26,432 bases of DNA from Patescibacteria group bacterium (lineage in GTDB: Bacteria > Patescibacteriota > Patescibacteriia > Magasanikbacterales > GWA2-37-8). The notes under the pieces were generated by a model. That model was not told the DNA's origin. It did no database searches and was given only the letters and a program-made list of their open reading frames with translations. Each line of letters starts with the position of its first letter. Position 1 is the first letter of the stretch. The stretch spans positions 1,291 through 27,722 of the forward strand of contig JBBTSL010000045.1 in the NCBI GenBank assembly GCA_038064745.1, given 5' to 3'. Below are positions 1 to 11,200 of the stretch, one piece after another. Position numbers and translations under genes: made by a program.

Positions 1-28
1 GTCGTGGTCGTTTTTGTGGGAAAGAACC

Positions 29-57
29 TTGCCGATCACGATTTGGCATGGTACTCT
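29..57 (+). promoter_or_regulatory. sigma70-type promoter for tRNA-Asn
   Basis: TTGCCG (29-34), 17-nt spacer, TACTCT (52-57) with an extended -10 TG at 49-50; about 20 nt upstream of the tRNA. Confidence 0.55.
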
Positions 58-77
58 CTCGTCGCTCGATATCATAT

Positions 78-152
78 TCCGGGGTAGCTCAGCGGCAGAG
101 CGAAGGACTGTTAATCCTCAGGTCGCGGGTTCGATCCCCGCCCCCGGAGCCA
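78..152 (+). tRNA. tRNA-Asn (anticodon GTT)
   Basis: Acceptor TCCGGGG/CCCCGGA, D arm GCTC-AGCGGCA-GAGC, anticodon loop CT-GTT-AA (GTT at 110-112), T arm GCGGG-TTCGATC-CCCGC, discriminator G and encoded CCA (150-152). Confidence 0.97.
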
Positions 153-156
153 TGAG

Positions 157-186
157 TGAACGTGTGTGGCAACCCACATGCGTTCA
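157..186 (+). other. 13-bp stem-loop directly after the tRNA
   Basis: TGAACGTGTGTGG-CAAC-CCACATGCGTTCA: 13 pairs including 2 G.U pairs on the + strand. Confidence 0.5.
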
Positions 187-189
187 GTC

Positions 190-219
190 AAAAAACCACT
201 ACGAAAGTAGCGGTTTTTT
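190..219. terminator. bidirectional intrinsic terminator
   Basis: AAAAAACC-A-CTAC-GAAA-GTAG-C-GGTTTTTT. GNRA loop on +; the A/C mismatch becomes G.U on -; 6-nt U tract on both strands. Confidence 0.8.
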
Positions 220-484
220 GTTGCCTGCCTGGCTTTCCTGGTTCGGGAAAAAGTTCGATATCCAGTTGTTCGCTTACGACAGGGGTGGGATGAGGAACCA
301 GACGAAGGTTCTATTCTGAGGATATTCCCGAATGAAGTTAACGGTTCGATACCCGACCTAAGTATCGCGTATTCAAAATCGTGTATTTAGAGGTATTATT
401 TCTCTGTGGATCTTTCAAAATTATTATCGGCTCTGGTCGGGGTTTATCCCTGCGGTTGCGGGTGTCGGTGCAATTCCGACAGAA

Positions 485-682
485 ATGTTGATTACATGTC
501 AGGTATTGACCGTAATCGTAATCTCTATGATCAATAAAAAGATCGAAGTTCTTTGGAAGAAGATGCCTTTACTTCCACTCACAGCGTTCTCTATGGGTTA
601 CTTGTTGCGCGATTTATTCGTCAGCATTCTCCTAGGTGAACTCGCGACCAGATTTGATAATGGCGAGTTGGCAAAAATATGA
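485..682 (+). CDS. small hydrophobic hypothetical protein (start may be ATG at 527)
   Basis: Stop overlaps the next start as ATGA (679-682), suggesting translational coupling; short hydrophobic stretch. No family recognised. Confidence 0.35.
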   Translation: MLITCQVLTVIVISMINKKIEVLWKKMPLLPLTAFSMGYLLRDLFVSILLGELATRFDNGELAKI

Positions 683-2094
683 TTCTGGACGAAGAATTTT
701 CGGATAAATTTACTAAATTACTGCATGATTCAGGATATCGGAATAACCTTGAATCGTTCGTAAATCTTTTGCGTTGGACACGGGTGCCTTTTTTGAAGAG
801 AAATGGTTTGTTTATGGCGGTAATGCAGACGAATATGTTGCGTTATCTCGTCGCTTTTCAAAAAGAATTGAGGAGACTTGAAAAAGAAAGTAAGGCGACA
901 ACTGATGTAAAAGAAAAGTCAGAAGTGGAAAGAAAGATTCTGATTGAAAAACAATGGATTCGCACTCTCTACACAATTGCAGATGGAATAGCTTGGAGGG
1001 CTTACGGCTTCAACAGACCACTATTGCGTGTAATGTCTGAAAATAGTTCCCCCGGTGATATTTCCCAAATCGATTATGATTATGTTGCCTTGTTAAGAAG
1101 GGTCCTCGCGAATGCGCCACGATCCACCTTTCGTATCGCAAATGATCTAACGAGATTTTTACGTATCGCAGATTTTACCGTTTTTTATCCCGATGGCAGG
1201 GTGATTCTCTACGAGATCAAAGAAAAGGGTAAAAAGATTTTCGATGTTGGATCTATTTTGAATGAAATGAAATTGCACCGCGTTAAGCCAAACCCGCAAA
1301 AGTTTCGACATCTGGTAGCCCAAATGGCAGTTATAAACAATAAGATCGACGTACCCATCATTCAGGGCAACAAGATCACAAGTAGGTTAGAAGTTGAGAT
1401 ACTCGATCTTGATTTTCCAATTCACACTCATTTGAAAAAGTTGAAAGGACTAATTAAGAAGGCGGATAAAAATGTAATCGCTACGGAATTAGTTGAGGAT
1501 GGTTATTATATACAGGTACTCGCGCTCGATAGAATCAAGAAAGGTCATGATTCCGAAAGTACAAAGAGACAGATGGATGCTGCGCCAGAGTGGATAAAAG
1601 AATGTGGCGGATCTACTATTAAAATAGGCAGTTGGGACGCATTCCTCGAGGCTGGAACCGAATTCCCAAGAAACATTTTGCCATACTCCGTTCTTCCATT
1701 TTCTGCTAAAGATTGTGCCAGAATCATTTTGGGCTATGTTCGGATATCGGTATTTATTAAGGTTGAGTCCCTCAAGGAGAAGTTGATTGAGGAAGGATGG
1801 GACGTTGTGGTCAAAGACCCAACGGATGGATTCGCACATAATTCAAAACGATCTGGCGAACCCATGTTTAGTAAAAACCACGAAGACGTTTTATTTCAAC
1901 TTAAGCGCAGTGACGAAACAGGTACTTATAATACATCGGTACTTCTGACTCAGCTTCTAATTATGGGCAGCTCCTTTTATAGTTTCAGGTTTATTACAGA
2001 CGGTGCGATGGAAATGTTTAAAAGAGCAAAATTGGATCGTGCAACAAGAAGTATTTCCATCAACTATTTAGGCGAAAGAAAAGTTTTGCGCTAG
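679..2094 (+). CDS. hypothetical protein with a putative PD-(D/E)xK nuclease motif
   Basis: 471-aa ORF; NDLTRFLRIADFTVFYPDGRVILYEIK fits D-(x)n-E-x-K; N-terminal helical/coiled-coil stretch. Confidence 0.6.
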   Translation: MILDEEFSDKFTKLLHDSGYRNNLESFVNLLRWTRVPFLKRNGLFMAVMQTNMLRYLVAFQKELRRLEKESKATTDVKEKSEVERKILIEKQWIRTLYTIADGIAWRAYGFNRPLLRVMSENSSPGDISQIDYDYVALLRRVLANAPRSTFRIANDLTRFLRIADFTVFYPDGRVILYEIKEKGKKIFDVGSILNEMKLHRVKPNPQKFRHLVAQMAVINNKIDVPIIQGNKITSRLEVEILDLDFPIHTHLKKLKGLIKKADKNVIATELVEDGYYIQVLALDRIKKGHDSESTKRQMDAAPEWIKECGGSTIKIGSWDAFLEAGTEFPRNILPYSVLPFSAKDCARIILGYVRISVFIKVESLKEKLIEEGWDVVVKDPTDGFAHNSKRSGEPMFSKNHEDVLFQLKRSDETGTYNTSVLLTQLLIMGSSFYSFRFITDGAMEMFKRAKLDRATRSISINYLGERKVLR

Positions 2095-2108
2095 TCTATA
2101 CAGATTTT

Positions 2109-3242
2109 ATGGATCCAATTAAAACAATTGAAAATGAACTACGGAATTTGATTCACGATGTATTGTCGGATAAGTTTGGCGTTTCTTGGACTGATAATAT
2201 AGACGTTGGACTGACCAAAGAATGGACGGGGCGTGGGAATTTAGAAGAAAAGGCGAAAAGGGATAGATCGATTAGAGGAGACGTGGCTATCTACGACATG
2301 CCATTGGCGTACTCAGAATTCTCGCATCTAAAGATTATTCTTGAAAACCGCAAGAGTCTGTTCGAAGAAGTTTTCAAGGAATGGGAAAAGACGATGCAGT
2401 ATCTCTCTGTAGCGGAAAACTTTCGCAACGCGCTAGCACACAATAGAGACATTACCCCGACTCAACAGCAACTGCTGATTGGTATTGCTGGCGAGATTAT
2501 GGATGACATATATCTTTGGCGTATAGGAACCAGCACAGCGATAAAAGAAACCGTGATTGAATTCAGAGACTACATTCCCACCGAGAACAAGATGGAAAGC
2601 GAAGTTTTAGAAGCATCCAGAGTTTTTGTTGTTGATTTGAACAATCTGATCGTTGATGCCTTGAAAAAGAGCGGCTTTGACGATAAAAAGATAGTTGAGA
2701 AAAGAGAAGAATTCGTTTCTCAGATCACTGCACCGCAGATTTCGGTAGATACGCACACGTCACCTAAGGGTCAACCAAATTCTCAGCAAAACGGAATTAA
2801 GTGCAAAAGTTTCATCACCAGCATTCGCTATAAGCCAGCGTGCAAAGTGGATTTAAATTCGATCCTAACTTGCTTCGGTAGGCAATACTTTTCAATTCAG
2901 TTTGTACTTAACAAACCCATAAATGTCGATTCGTTGGTTCACTGGTCTGTAGAAAAAGCAGGTCTAAATCCTGGTAGCACCGTAAAAAGTGGAGACGCTT
3001 TCGATAACGTAGATTACAAACTTTTGAACGGAAAGTTGAGAATTAACGTTTCAAGATCGGGTAGCATTTGCCTTACCTGCGAAGATCCAGAAAGTTTTTG
3101 GTTCCCGCACAGAATTATTTCACCAGATCATCTATTTGGTTTTGTACTTGGGAACATTACGCCTAGAGCCATGATGCATCTCCATCAACGGTCATTTCTT
3201 TCTCTTGGCACGATTGGTGATAGTTCCTCCAGTGATCGTTAG
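2109..3242 (+). CDS. Swt1-like HEPN domain protein (putative RNase) with an unknown C-terminal domain
   Basis: IENELRNLI...LAYSEFSHLKIIL...LFEEVF pattern and the R-x4-H motif RNALAH (R106/H111). Confidence 0.75.
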   Translation: MDPIKTIENELRNLIHDVLSDKFGVSWTDNIDVGLTKEWTGRGNLEEKAKRDRSIRGDVAIYDMPLAYSEFSHLKIILENRKSLFEEVFKEWEKTMQYLSVAENFRNALAHNRDITPTQQQLLIGIAGEIMDDIYLWRIGTSTAIKETVIEFRDYIPTENKMESEVLEASRVFVVDLNNLIVDALKKSGFDDKKIVEKREEFVSQITAPQISVDTHTSPKGQPNSQQNGIKCKSFITSIRYKPACKVDLNSILTCFGRQYFSIQFVLNKPINVDSLVHWSVEKAGLNPGSTVKSGDAFDNVDYKLLNGKLRINVSRSGSICLTCEDPESFWFPHRIISPDHLFGFVLGNITPRAMMHLHQRSFLSLGTIGDSSSSDR

Positions 3243-4523
3243 CTCAGTTCGAACGTGTCCCAGTAAATCTCGTTTCTCTTCTTTTGTCCCTTCTTTAAGG
3301 ATGTATTTTGCACACGCGTACACGTCAATGTCTGGCATGATTTCGGCAACTTTTGCGGTTGCAATGTGACCACCGAGACTCGAGATCATCTTGGTTAGCC
3401 GATCTATTTCCTCTTTGATCCGCGCGACAGCGGCGAGTTCATCGATGTCGACGCTCTCAATGATTTTACAGAGCTGGCTCAATAGCTCTTCTTCTCGAAT
3501 GTACGGCTCTTTACAGCCGGTTACCCAGCGTTTCATGCATCCGTAGTAAACGTATCGCTTTATCGTGCCGTCCTTCAAACGCTTCTTCTTTTCTTCGGCA
3601 CTGATTCCTGAATTACAGTTTCCACATTTAAACATTCGAGTGAATCCGAATTCGTGTGTTCCTGGCGGTACCCGTGTTCCTGTTACTTTCATGACTTCCT
3701 GAACCCGCTCAAACACATCTTTTGTTATTAACGGCTCATGTTTTCCCTGATACCACTGACCGCTCTTCTGCGGAAATTCGTATCGACCCGTGTAGAAAGG
3801 GTTATCCATCATGCGATAGATCATACTTAGCGAAACATTTTTTCCTTTGCGCGTGGTGAAGTTTTTTTCTTTCATATAGTTCTGGATATTGCGTCCTGTC
3901 CATCCTTCGTATGCAACCTTATGGAAGATCTCTTTGACCATCGGTCCACGCTCGGGATCCATGAAAATTCGACGAGCACCCTTTTCTGCATATTTGTCAT
4001 GAAGATATCCGAGAGGTGACATATTCGGTCTGTATCCCATCTCCACCTTGGCTCGGAAGCCACGTTTTACGTTCACGCCTTTGTTGTCGTTCTCCAGCTT
4101 CGCCTGACCACACATCATCATGAGCATGAACTTATCGCTCGGAGAGTTTGTAAACTTCGGTCCATGTGTTCGGATCTCCTGAAGTAAACCCTGATCCATC
4201 AAGTCGACAACCGTACCAAGGTCACCCGCGTTACGACTTATACGATCTGCCGCCCACGTCAGGATTCCATCAAATTTCTTTTCCCTAATGTCCCCAATTA
4301 GACGATTAAACTCCGGGCGTGACCCGGAGTTTTTTGCGGAATGACTTTCGCGACGAACTTCTGCAACGTTTAATCCGTCCCTCACGGCTAGTTCCATGAC
4401 CTCTTTTACCTGGCTCTCAATCGACAAGGCTTGTCGTTCGTCATCCTCCGACGACTTTCTCGCGTAAAGGCAGTAGCGGATTGGTATAGCCTGCGTTTCG
4501 CTGTTCGTATTTTGTCCGTACAT
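3192..4523 (-). CDS. large serine recombinase 1 (short form)
   Basis: YCLYARKSS catalytic motif, DRISRN, recombinase domain (NPFYTG...GKHEPLIT) and Zn ribbon (CGNC...YYGC...C); 443 aa. Confidence 0.93.
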   Translation of the reverse strand: MYGQNTNSETQAIPIRYCLYARKSSEDDERQALSIESQVKEVMELAVRDGLNVAEVRRESHSAKNSGSRPEFNRLIGDIREKKFDGILTWAADRISRNAGDLGTVVDLMDQGLLQEIRTHGPKFTNSPSDKFMLMMMCGQAKLENDNKGVNVKRGFRAKVEMGYRPNMSPLGYLHDKYAEKGARRIFMDPERGPMVKEIFHKVAYEGWTGRNIQNYMKEKNFTTRKGKNVSLSMIYRMMDNPFYTGRYEFPQKSGQWYQGKHEPLITKDVFERVQEVMKVTGTRVPPGTHEFGFTRMFKCGNCNSGISAEEKKKRLKDGTIKRYVYYGCMKRWVTGCKEPYIREEELLSQLCKIIESVDIDELAAVARIKEEIDRLTKMISSLGGHIATAKVAEIMPDIDVYACAKYILKEGTKEEKRDLLGHVRTELTITGGTITNRAKRKK

Positions 4524-4729
4524 AGATTTGGTTACTCCTTATACCCACACACTACCGCGTCTGTCCCAGGTGCCTAGTCACGACCTGTAGGCAAGCTGTA
4601 GGTAACTAATTGATTAAAAAATGCCAATATTTGCTAGTATTAGGTCAGATTTTTCTACTTTTCCCGTCATGAACAAATATGTTGCTCCTGTGGTCATTTT
4701 CTGATAAAATTCGAGGGAATATTTTTCCT

Positions 4730-7700
4730 ATGGCAACTTCTCGAATCATCGATAATCATCGACAGTCACTTCTTGCTGCATTTCAAGAGCTTGCCTCTAA
4801 ACACGAAGAAATCTCGATCGCTACAGGTTACTGGGATCTTCCAGGAACAACTCTTGTTTTGCCTCAATTAAAGGACTGTAAAAAAATCCGTCTGCTTATT
4901 GGTCGCGAACCCCTCATTCCCCGATACCAATTAACAAAACCCGAAGTTGATTTTCCCGATAAGGATTTTTTCTCAGACTTGGAACGCCTTGAACACAATG
5001 AAACTTTTAGAGAGTCCGTCGTTAAAATCAAAGATTTAATCGCAAAAGGCGTACTTGAGGTTAGGGTTTATAAAGAAGAATTCTTCCATGCTAAATGTTA
5101 CATTTTTGGAAACTACGAATCCCCTGAAGCGGTGGGCATTATCGGCTCATCTAACTTCACGAAGAACGGCTTGACCGCCAATACTGAACTCAACGCGCTT
5201 GAGGCTGATCATCGCATCGTTACCTACACTCCACGCGTCGAAGATCAGGAGGTCGGTCACCTCGCATGGTTTGACCAATTTTGGAATAAGTCTCTTCCGT
5301 GGGATCAATCGTTTACCGCGATTATTTCCCAATCCTCACATGGCGACCTGCTCTTTACGCCATATGAGATGTACATCAAAACTTTGTACGAAATTTATAA
5401 AGAGGAGTTGGAAGACGAAGATTTGAAGGAGACCACTCGTGGAACATTTACCCTGCACGATTTTCAAATGAAAAACGTTCACGGTCTCATGCGTCGGTTA
5501 CGGAAGCATAAGGTTGCGATGCTAGCTGACTCGGTAGGATTAGGAAAAACTATCACGGCGATTGAGGTCATTAAGCAGTATAAAGAATCCGGCTTGCGTG
5601 TTGAGATTATTTGTCCAAAATCTCTTACCGTGCAATGGGAGAAACAAATGGCGACGCAAAGGATGGATGGCTCTACGCCTATCACGTTGCAAAATCCTCG
5701 CGAGATCGAGCGCAGACGGGGTCTTGATTCAATTGCTGCCGTTGGATTATTCGTGATTGATGAATCGCATAACCTTAAAAGTCGTTCCGGAAAACGCTTC
5801 AAGCAAATCACTGAGTGGATTGGCGCGAATCCAAAAGCTCATGTCTTGCTTTTGACTGCTACGCCAATTAACAACCAGCTCTCCGATATCACCAACCAAA
5901 TCCTGCTTGCGTGCCGAGGAGAAGCAGGTCTTCTACGCTTTGCCGTGCCAGATAAAAAGAACAAACAGACTACGATTGTTGATTTTAACCAAGCGGTAGA
6001 AAACCTCGCGCGTTCAATCAAACGAGATGCCGAGGAAGGAAAGTCCATTGACTTTGGATATGTTCGGGCAACCATGTCACCGATCCTTCGCGAGTTTGTT
6101 GTCCGTCGAACACGCCAAGGGATTGAGAAGGAATACGGCGGGCTTGTAGATGATCAGGGTATTCTTCAAACCTTTCCTAAGGTTGTTCCAGATGTTCGTG
6201 CGTATCGCTTCAATGAAGATGTTGCGAAAAGAATTCGAGACATTACCACCGATTCAGTCGATTTAGATTCACTGTATTCTTTGACGATCAGCGATATTGT
6301 TGATGCTACTCAGCGGCTCACACATCCGATCGATCAGATAAGTAACGCGCAATCCTCAGGTGAGACAGCGGATGTTACTTCTCCGATCGCCTTAATTTAT
6401 CGCACGATCCTTCTGCTCGGTTTCTTACCCTACCGTTGGCAGATGTATCGAACAAAATTTTACGGAAAGACCCGCGAAGAAATTAAGGAAATGAAGCTTT
6501 CGAGCGATGAACGAAACAGTTTGTTCTCTCAGCTTAGTATCTACGGCATTCTCCGTACGATGTTCCTGAAACGTCTCGAATCTTCGGTCAGCGCAATTCA
6601 TTCATCGCTGGAGACTTACGATCATAAGCTCGACATCTTTGAGCGTGGGTTACGCCAAGGGAAAATTATTACGTTAACGAACATTGATGAAATCGACGAA
6701 ATTCTTGGTGACGTTGAGGATAAAGATGCAGAGGAAGTTGAAGTGCCCGAGGAATTCATTCACGACACAATCGATGAAAATAATTATGTAGTCGATGCGC
6801 TCAAAGCCGACGTTGCAAAGGAACGTGAGTTGATTGATTTGCTTCGTCAGCAATTAGTCGTCCTTCACGAAGACGACTCAAAACTCAAGACTTTTGTTGG
6901 TCTTATTGAGGATCTTGCAAAGCGTCAACCAGCTGGTAAAAAAGTCCTTATTTTCTCCTATTACGCTGACACGATTAATTATCTGCGTGAAGTGGTTGAA
7001 ACGCGTACGAATGTCGTAAATAAAGATAACGCTGCATTTTTATCTTCAAATAATCGAGAGGATGCAGAATCGCTTGCGGGTCGATTCTCTCCTGTCTCCA
7101 AACAACACGCACTGAAAGATGGAGAAAAAGAATTATCCTATCTTTTTTCGACCGATATCTTGTCAGAAGGACAGAATCTTCAAGACTGCGGCATTCTTGT
7201 GAACTATGACCTTCACTGGAATCCGGTTCGTATGATCCAGAGAAACGGTCGAGTGAATCGTCTTGGAACATCATTCAAGGATGTCTACATCTATAACATT
7301 TCTCCAGAGGGACAATTGGACGAATATCTGCGTTTGGTCGCACGCCTTGAACGAAAGATCGATCTCATTCGTAACACTATCGGTACGGACACTCCAGTAC
7401 TCGATGAAAAAGCGAATCCGATAGAGTTCGTTGATTCTTGGAAGGACGTTTACAGTAGTGATGTCGAGGCGCGCATGGAAGCGATTCAAAATGCTGAGGG
7501 CGAAGCTGATTTCTTGCTCGCCGAAGATGAGTTTGTTTCAGACTTGAAGAGATTCCATCACGATCCAAATCACACACCAGAACAGAAGGCGGAAATATAC
7601 AATATTCCAAAAAGGAAATGGGGGGTGATGCCGACCGCGACATCTCGCGGTGATGAACGTCCCGATGTCCTCTCACTCGTTTCTCTTCAAAGCTCATCTG

Positions 7701-8200
7701 AAGTTACCCTTGGCTATGCTTTTGTAGCCATGAATAGAGATGGACGCGAAATGCACCACGTGCCTCAACTACAAGCTCTTGAATGGCTTCGTTCAACAAT
7801 TCAACGGAGCAATGAACGTCAAGCTGATCACATCAGTGCTGATCGGGTTAATCTCTTAGCTCGCGCGAAGGAAGCCGCAGAGGCTTACCATGATGACGAA
7901 GTGGTCATCGCTCCTGTTGGACAACAAGGAGACGTTCTTCGGATCATGTACGAACTTCATTTTTCGCAAGACGATCTTGATGTTGTACGAATGGCATTTG
8001 GTACGAAGAATGTCCTTGCTCGTGAAGATATGAAAAAGTGTGTGCGTCGTATCGTAAAAACAAAGAATGAAAATGGCTCGGTCCTACAAGACGTTCAAAC
8101 GATTCTTGATATCGCCCGATCACTTCAGCGTAATATTGACCGTATTGAGCGACCCAACGGAGCGGAACCACTTCTGATGTATGCCAGAACAAACGAATAA
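4730..8200 (+). CDS. PLD-nuclease/SNF2-family helicase fusion
   Basis: FHAKCYIF...IIGSSNFTKNGL (PLD HxK motif); LADSVGLGKT (motif I), IDESHN (II), LLTATPINN (III), SEGQNLQ...NYDLHWNPVRMIQRNGRVNR (V/VI). ATG 4730 preferred over 4679. Confidence 0.92.
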   Translation: MATSRIIDNHRQSLLAAFQELASKHEEISIATGYWDLPGTTLVLPQLKDCKKIRLLIGREPLIPRYQLTKPEVDFPDKDFFSDLERLEHNETFRESVVKIKDLIAKGVLEVRVYKEEFFHAKCYIFGNYESPEAVGIIGSSNFTKNGLTANTELNALEADHRIVTYTPRVEDQEVGHLAWFDQFWNKSLPWDQSFTAIISQSSHGDLLFTPYEMYIKTLYEIYKEELEDEDLKETTRGTFTLHDFQMKNVHGLMRRLRKHKVAMLADSVGLGKTITAIEVIKQYKESGLRVEIICPKSLTVQWEKQMATQRMDGSTPITLQNPREIERRRGLDSIAAVGLFVIDESHNLKSRSGKRFKQITEWIGANPKAHVLLLTATPINNQLSDITNQILLACRGEAGLLRFAVPDKKNKQTTIVDFNQAVENLARSIKRDAEEGKSIDFGYVRATMSPILREFVVRRTRQGIEKEYGGLVDDQGILQTFPKVVPDVRAYRFNEDVAKRIRDITTDSVDLDSLYSLTISDIVDATQRLTHPIDQISNAQSSGETADVTSPIALIYRTILLLGFLPYRWQMYRTKFYGKTREEIKEMKLSSDERNSLFSQLSIYGILRTMFLKRLESSVSAIHSSLETYDHKLDIFERGLRQGKIITLTNIDEIDEILGDVEDKDAEEVEVPEEFIHDTIDENNYVVDALKADVAKERELIDLLRQQLVVLHEDDSKLKTFVGLIEDLAKRQPAGKKVLIFSYYADTINYLREVVETRTNVVNKDNAAFLSSNNREDAESLAGRFSPVSKQHALKDGEKELSYLFSTDILSEGQNLQDCGILVNYDLHWNPVRMIQRNGRVNRLGTSFKDVYIYNISPEGQLDEYLRLVARLERKIDLIRNTIGTDTPVLDEKANPIEFVDSWKDVYSSDVEARMEAIQNAEGEADFLLAEDEFVSDLKRFHHDPNHTPEQKAEIYNIPKRKWGVMPTATSRGDERPDVLSLVSLQSSSEVTLGYAFVAMNRDGREMHHVPQLQALEWLRSTIQRSNERQADHISADRVNLLARAKEAAEAYHDDEVVIAPVGQQGDVLRIMYELHFSQDDLDVVRMAFGTKNVLAREDMKKCVRRIVKTKNENGSVLQDVQTILDIARSLQRNIDRIERPNGAEPLLMYARTNE

Positions 8201-11200
8201 CCCCAATCAACTACTTCGGAAGATTGATGATGCTCTGCGTTCGCTTGCGGAACATCATTCCTTCCAGGAAACACAGGCGGTGATAAATGCTGTCATCGCT
8301 CTTCTTGGTGTTACGAGCGAATCTGACGGCTGGAGATTGTTCAGTGATTCCGCGGGAAAAATTCGCTCAAACGGACACTGGTTCATGCCAGCTGATGGTT
8401 ATGCTGACCGACGAGCAGTTTACGAGGTGGCTAAGGGAAATAATTGGAAGCTCGACTTTAAGGCATACTGGGTACAAAATACGAATAAGTCCGTCATTCA
8501 TTGGGTGACGGCGATCACGCCCAATTTCGAGGACGCTCCCTGGTTAGCGTCAGAAAATGTCGGCATTGATTTCGTTATTCCAGAAAAGGCTGATCGAGTT
8601 TTCGTTGTTTTAAGCAAGGAGCACGCTTTGCGTGTTATTGAGTTGCGTGATCACCTCTCTCCGACTGCTTCTGAGATTTTTTCAAAATGGACTCAGTCCT
8701 TTGATTTTTCCAACAAGGCACAGCTCCACCAAATACTTTGGGATAGCTTTAATTTTGAGGCAATTAATAAAGTCTTTTACAAGACAATTAGCTCATTCTT
8801 TACTGAGCTTAAGCAGCATCTCCTTTCAAAATCAAAAGACCTGTTTGACGATCATTCGGCGGCTTTATTTGTAAACCGTCTTATTGGTCGCATCATTTTC
8901 TGTTGGTTCATTGATAAAAAAGGAATTTTAAATACAGAAGTTAATTACTTTCAAACAAATGGCTTAACCGCGTCTGAACATTATCGCACAAAACTCGAAA
9001 CACTATTTTTTAGAATTCTTAACACGCCAGTTGACGAACGTGTCAGTGGACTGGATATAAAAACTCCATTTCTCAACGGAGGTTTATTTGAAGCAAAGAC
9101 TGGTGACCACGAAGGAGATCCTCGCGTTTCATTTCCGGCAGATTATTTTGACCGGCTTTACGAATTTCTTCGCCGCTATAACTTTACTACCGACGAATCC
9201 TCGAGTACGTTCCAGCAAGTAGCAATCGACCCTGAGATGCTCGGTCGTATTTTTGAAAACCTGCTTGCCGAGCAAATTGAAGAAACCGGCGAACAGGCTC
9301 GCAAGGCGAAGGGTGCATTCTACACCCCACGGGAGATCGTTGATTACATGTGTAAGGAGAGTCTACGAGAATATCTCCGATCTAGGGTTCCTGAAACGAC
9401 GGATCGTGACGAACAGCTCGCGAAGTTACTTGATAAAAAACCGCATGAGTTCCGGGATCAGCAACGGAATTATCGGGGAGACCTTAAACCGTATAAACAC
9501 GACATTCTCGAAGCCCTAGAAGAGCTTACGGTGCTCGACCCAGCTTGTGGATCAGGTGCTTTTCCAATGGGCATGCTCCAGCTTCTCCTGGAAACATACG
9601 ATCGCTTGGAGAGCGATTACGATCCCTACAAGAAAAAGTTAACGATCATCAAGAACAACATCTTTGGTGTTGATATTGAGCCAATGGCGGTAGAGATTGC
9701 CCGCCTCCGTGCTTGGCTTTCTATTATTGTTGACGAAGACGTCACCGATGGCCGAATTGAGCCTTTACCAAACCTTGATTTCAAATTTGTTTGTGCCAAC
9801 ACGCTGATTCCGTTAGATCACTCCGAAGGTCTGTATGACACATTGAATGTCGACCAATTAATTGAGATTCGAGATGAATATTTTCGAGCGAGAAAATATA
9901 CTCGAAAACAAGAATTAAGAGAAAAGTTTAGTCTTTTAATAAAAGGAAGAGGGATGAATGGGATGTTCGCATCCGAGAGAGAAAAACAGCTTAAGACATA
10001 TCAGCCATTCAACGCGGAAAATTCAGCACTATTTTTCGACTCGCGAGTAATGTTTGGAATGGTGGATGGTTTCAATATCGTGATTGGTAACCCGCCGTAT
10101 ATTAGTCATGATAAATTCCAATTGCCAGAAGAAGTGTTGAATGGATACCGTTCATACCAACCATTCGCCGATTTGTACTGTTACTTTTTTGAACTTGCCA
10201 TTCTTCTAACCCAAAAAAAACACGGCGTTGTTTCATTCATAACATCCAATTCCTACATCAAAGCCGAATACGGAAAGGGTTTGCGTAAACTATTATCGGA
10301 GACAAGCACTTTGATAAACTTGATCAATATTGATCAGTCTCAGGTTTTTGAGTCCGCAACTGTCAATACAGCTATCCTGATTAGTAAAAGCCAGTTGACT
10401 GATGCAGACGTGACTATATTCAATGCACCTTACGATAATAAAGATACCGACTTTAGGAAATACATTCAGACAAATTCGTTTTCAAAAAAGAGTAGCTACT
10501 TTACAGAAAGCCCATGGCTGCTAATTGGGGGCAAGACTGCAGATTTGATCGATAAAATCCGAATGAGTGGCAAGACTCTTGAGAAATTAAAGACAAAAAT
10601 TAGATTGGGTCTAGCCACTGGAGCAAACGAAGCTTTTGTATTAAGCGAGGAAGTAAAACAAAGGCTCATCGAGCAAGATCCTCGTAATGCTGAGGTTATT
10701 AAACCGGTCTTGAGAGGAAGAGATATATCAAGGTTTTCTTATCGTCAAAAGTTATACATATTATTGACGAAGAATGGCATCGATGTCCCCAATGATTACC
10801 CATTTGTTTATGAATACCTCAAAAGTTTCGGGGAGGCTTTCATGAACCGTGGAGCGAAGGGACAGCATTGGACTAATCTCCGTGCATGTGCATTTTTTGA
10901 TGATTTCAAAAAAGATAAAATCGTTTGGATTGAGCTGACAACGAAAAGTAAGTTTGCAATGTGCAGAGAGGAAATCTACTTATTAAATTCCTGTTACTTC
11001 ATGCTTACGCCCGATGGATATAATTCATCCGCACTATTAGGAGTACTTAATTCCAAGTTGATTCAGTTCTACATGGACGTGGTTTCCCAAACCAGTGGAA
11101 TGGGAACCAATCGATGGATAAACGTAGTCGTGAAAGATTTTCCGGTTCCGGATCTTTCTAATACTAAAGAGGTAATAGATCTCGCACAGTTAGTTGACGA

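Noticed and set aside
14-319. 101-aa ORF
   Set aside because: It runs through the tRNA and terminator; no protein-like features.
211-390. Open frame without a start codon (LAFLVREKVRYP...)
   Set aside because: No start, short, no recognisable family; cannot be supported as a pseudogene.
397-488. Possible ochre-suppressor tRNA (TTA in a loop at 444-446)
   Set aside because: No credible D arm, non-canonical anticodon loop and T loop, no CCA; kept only as a weak structural observation.
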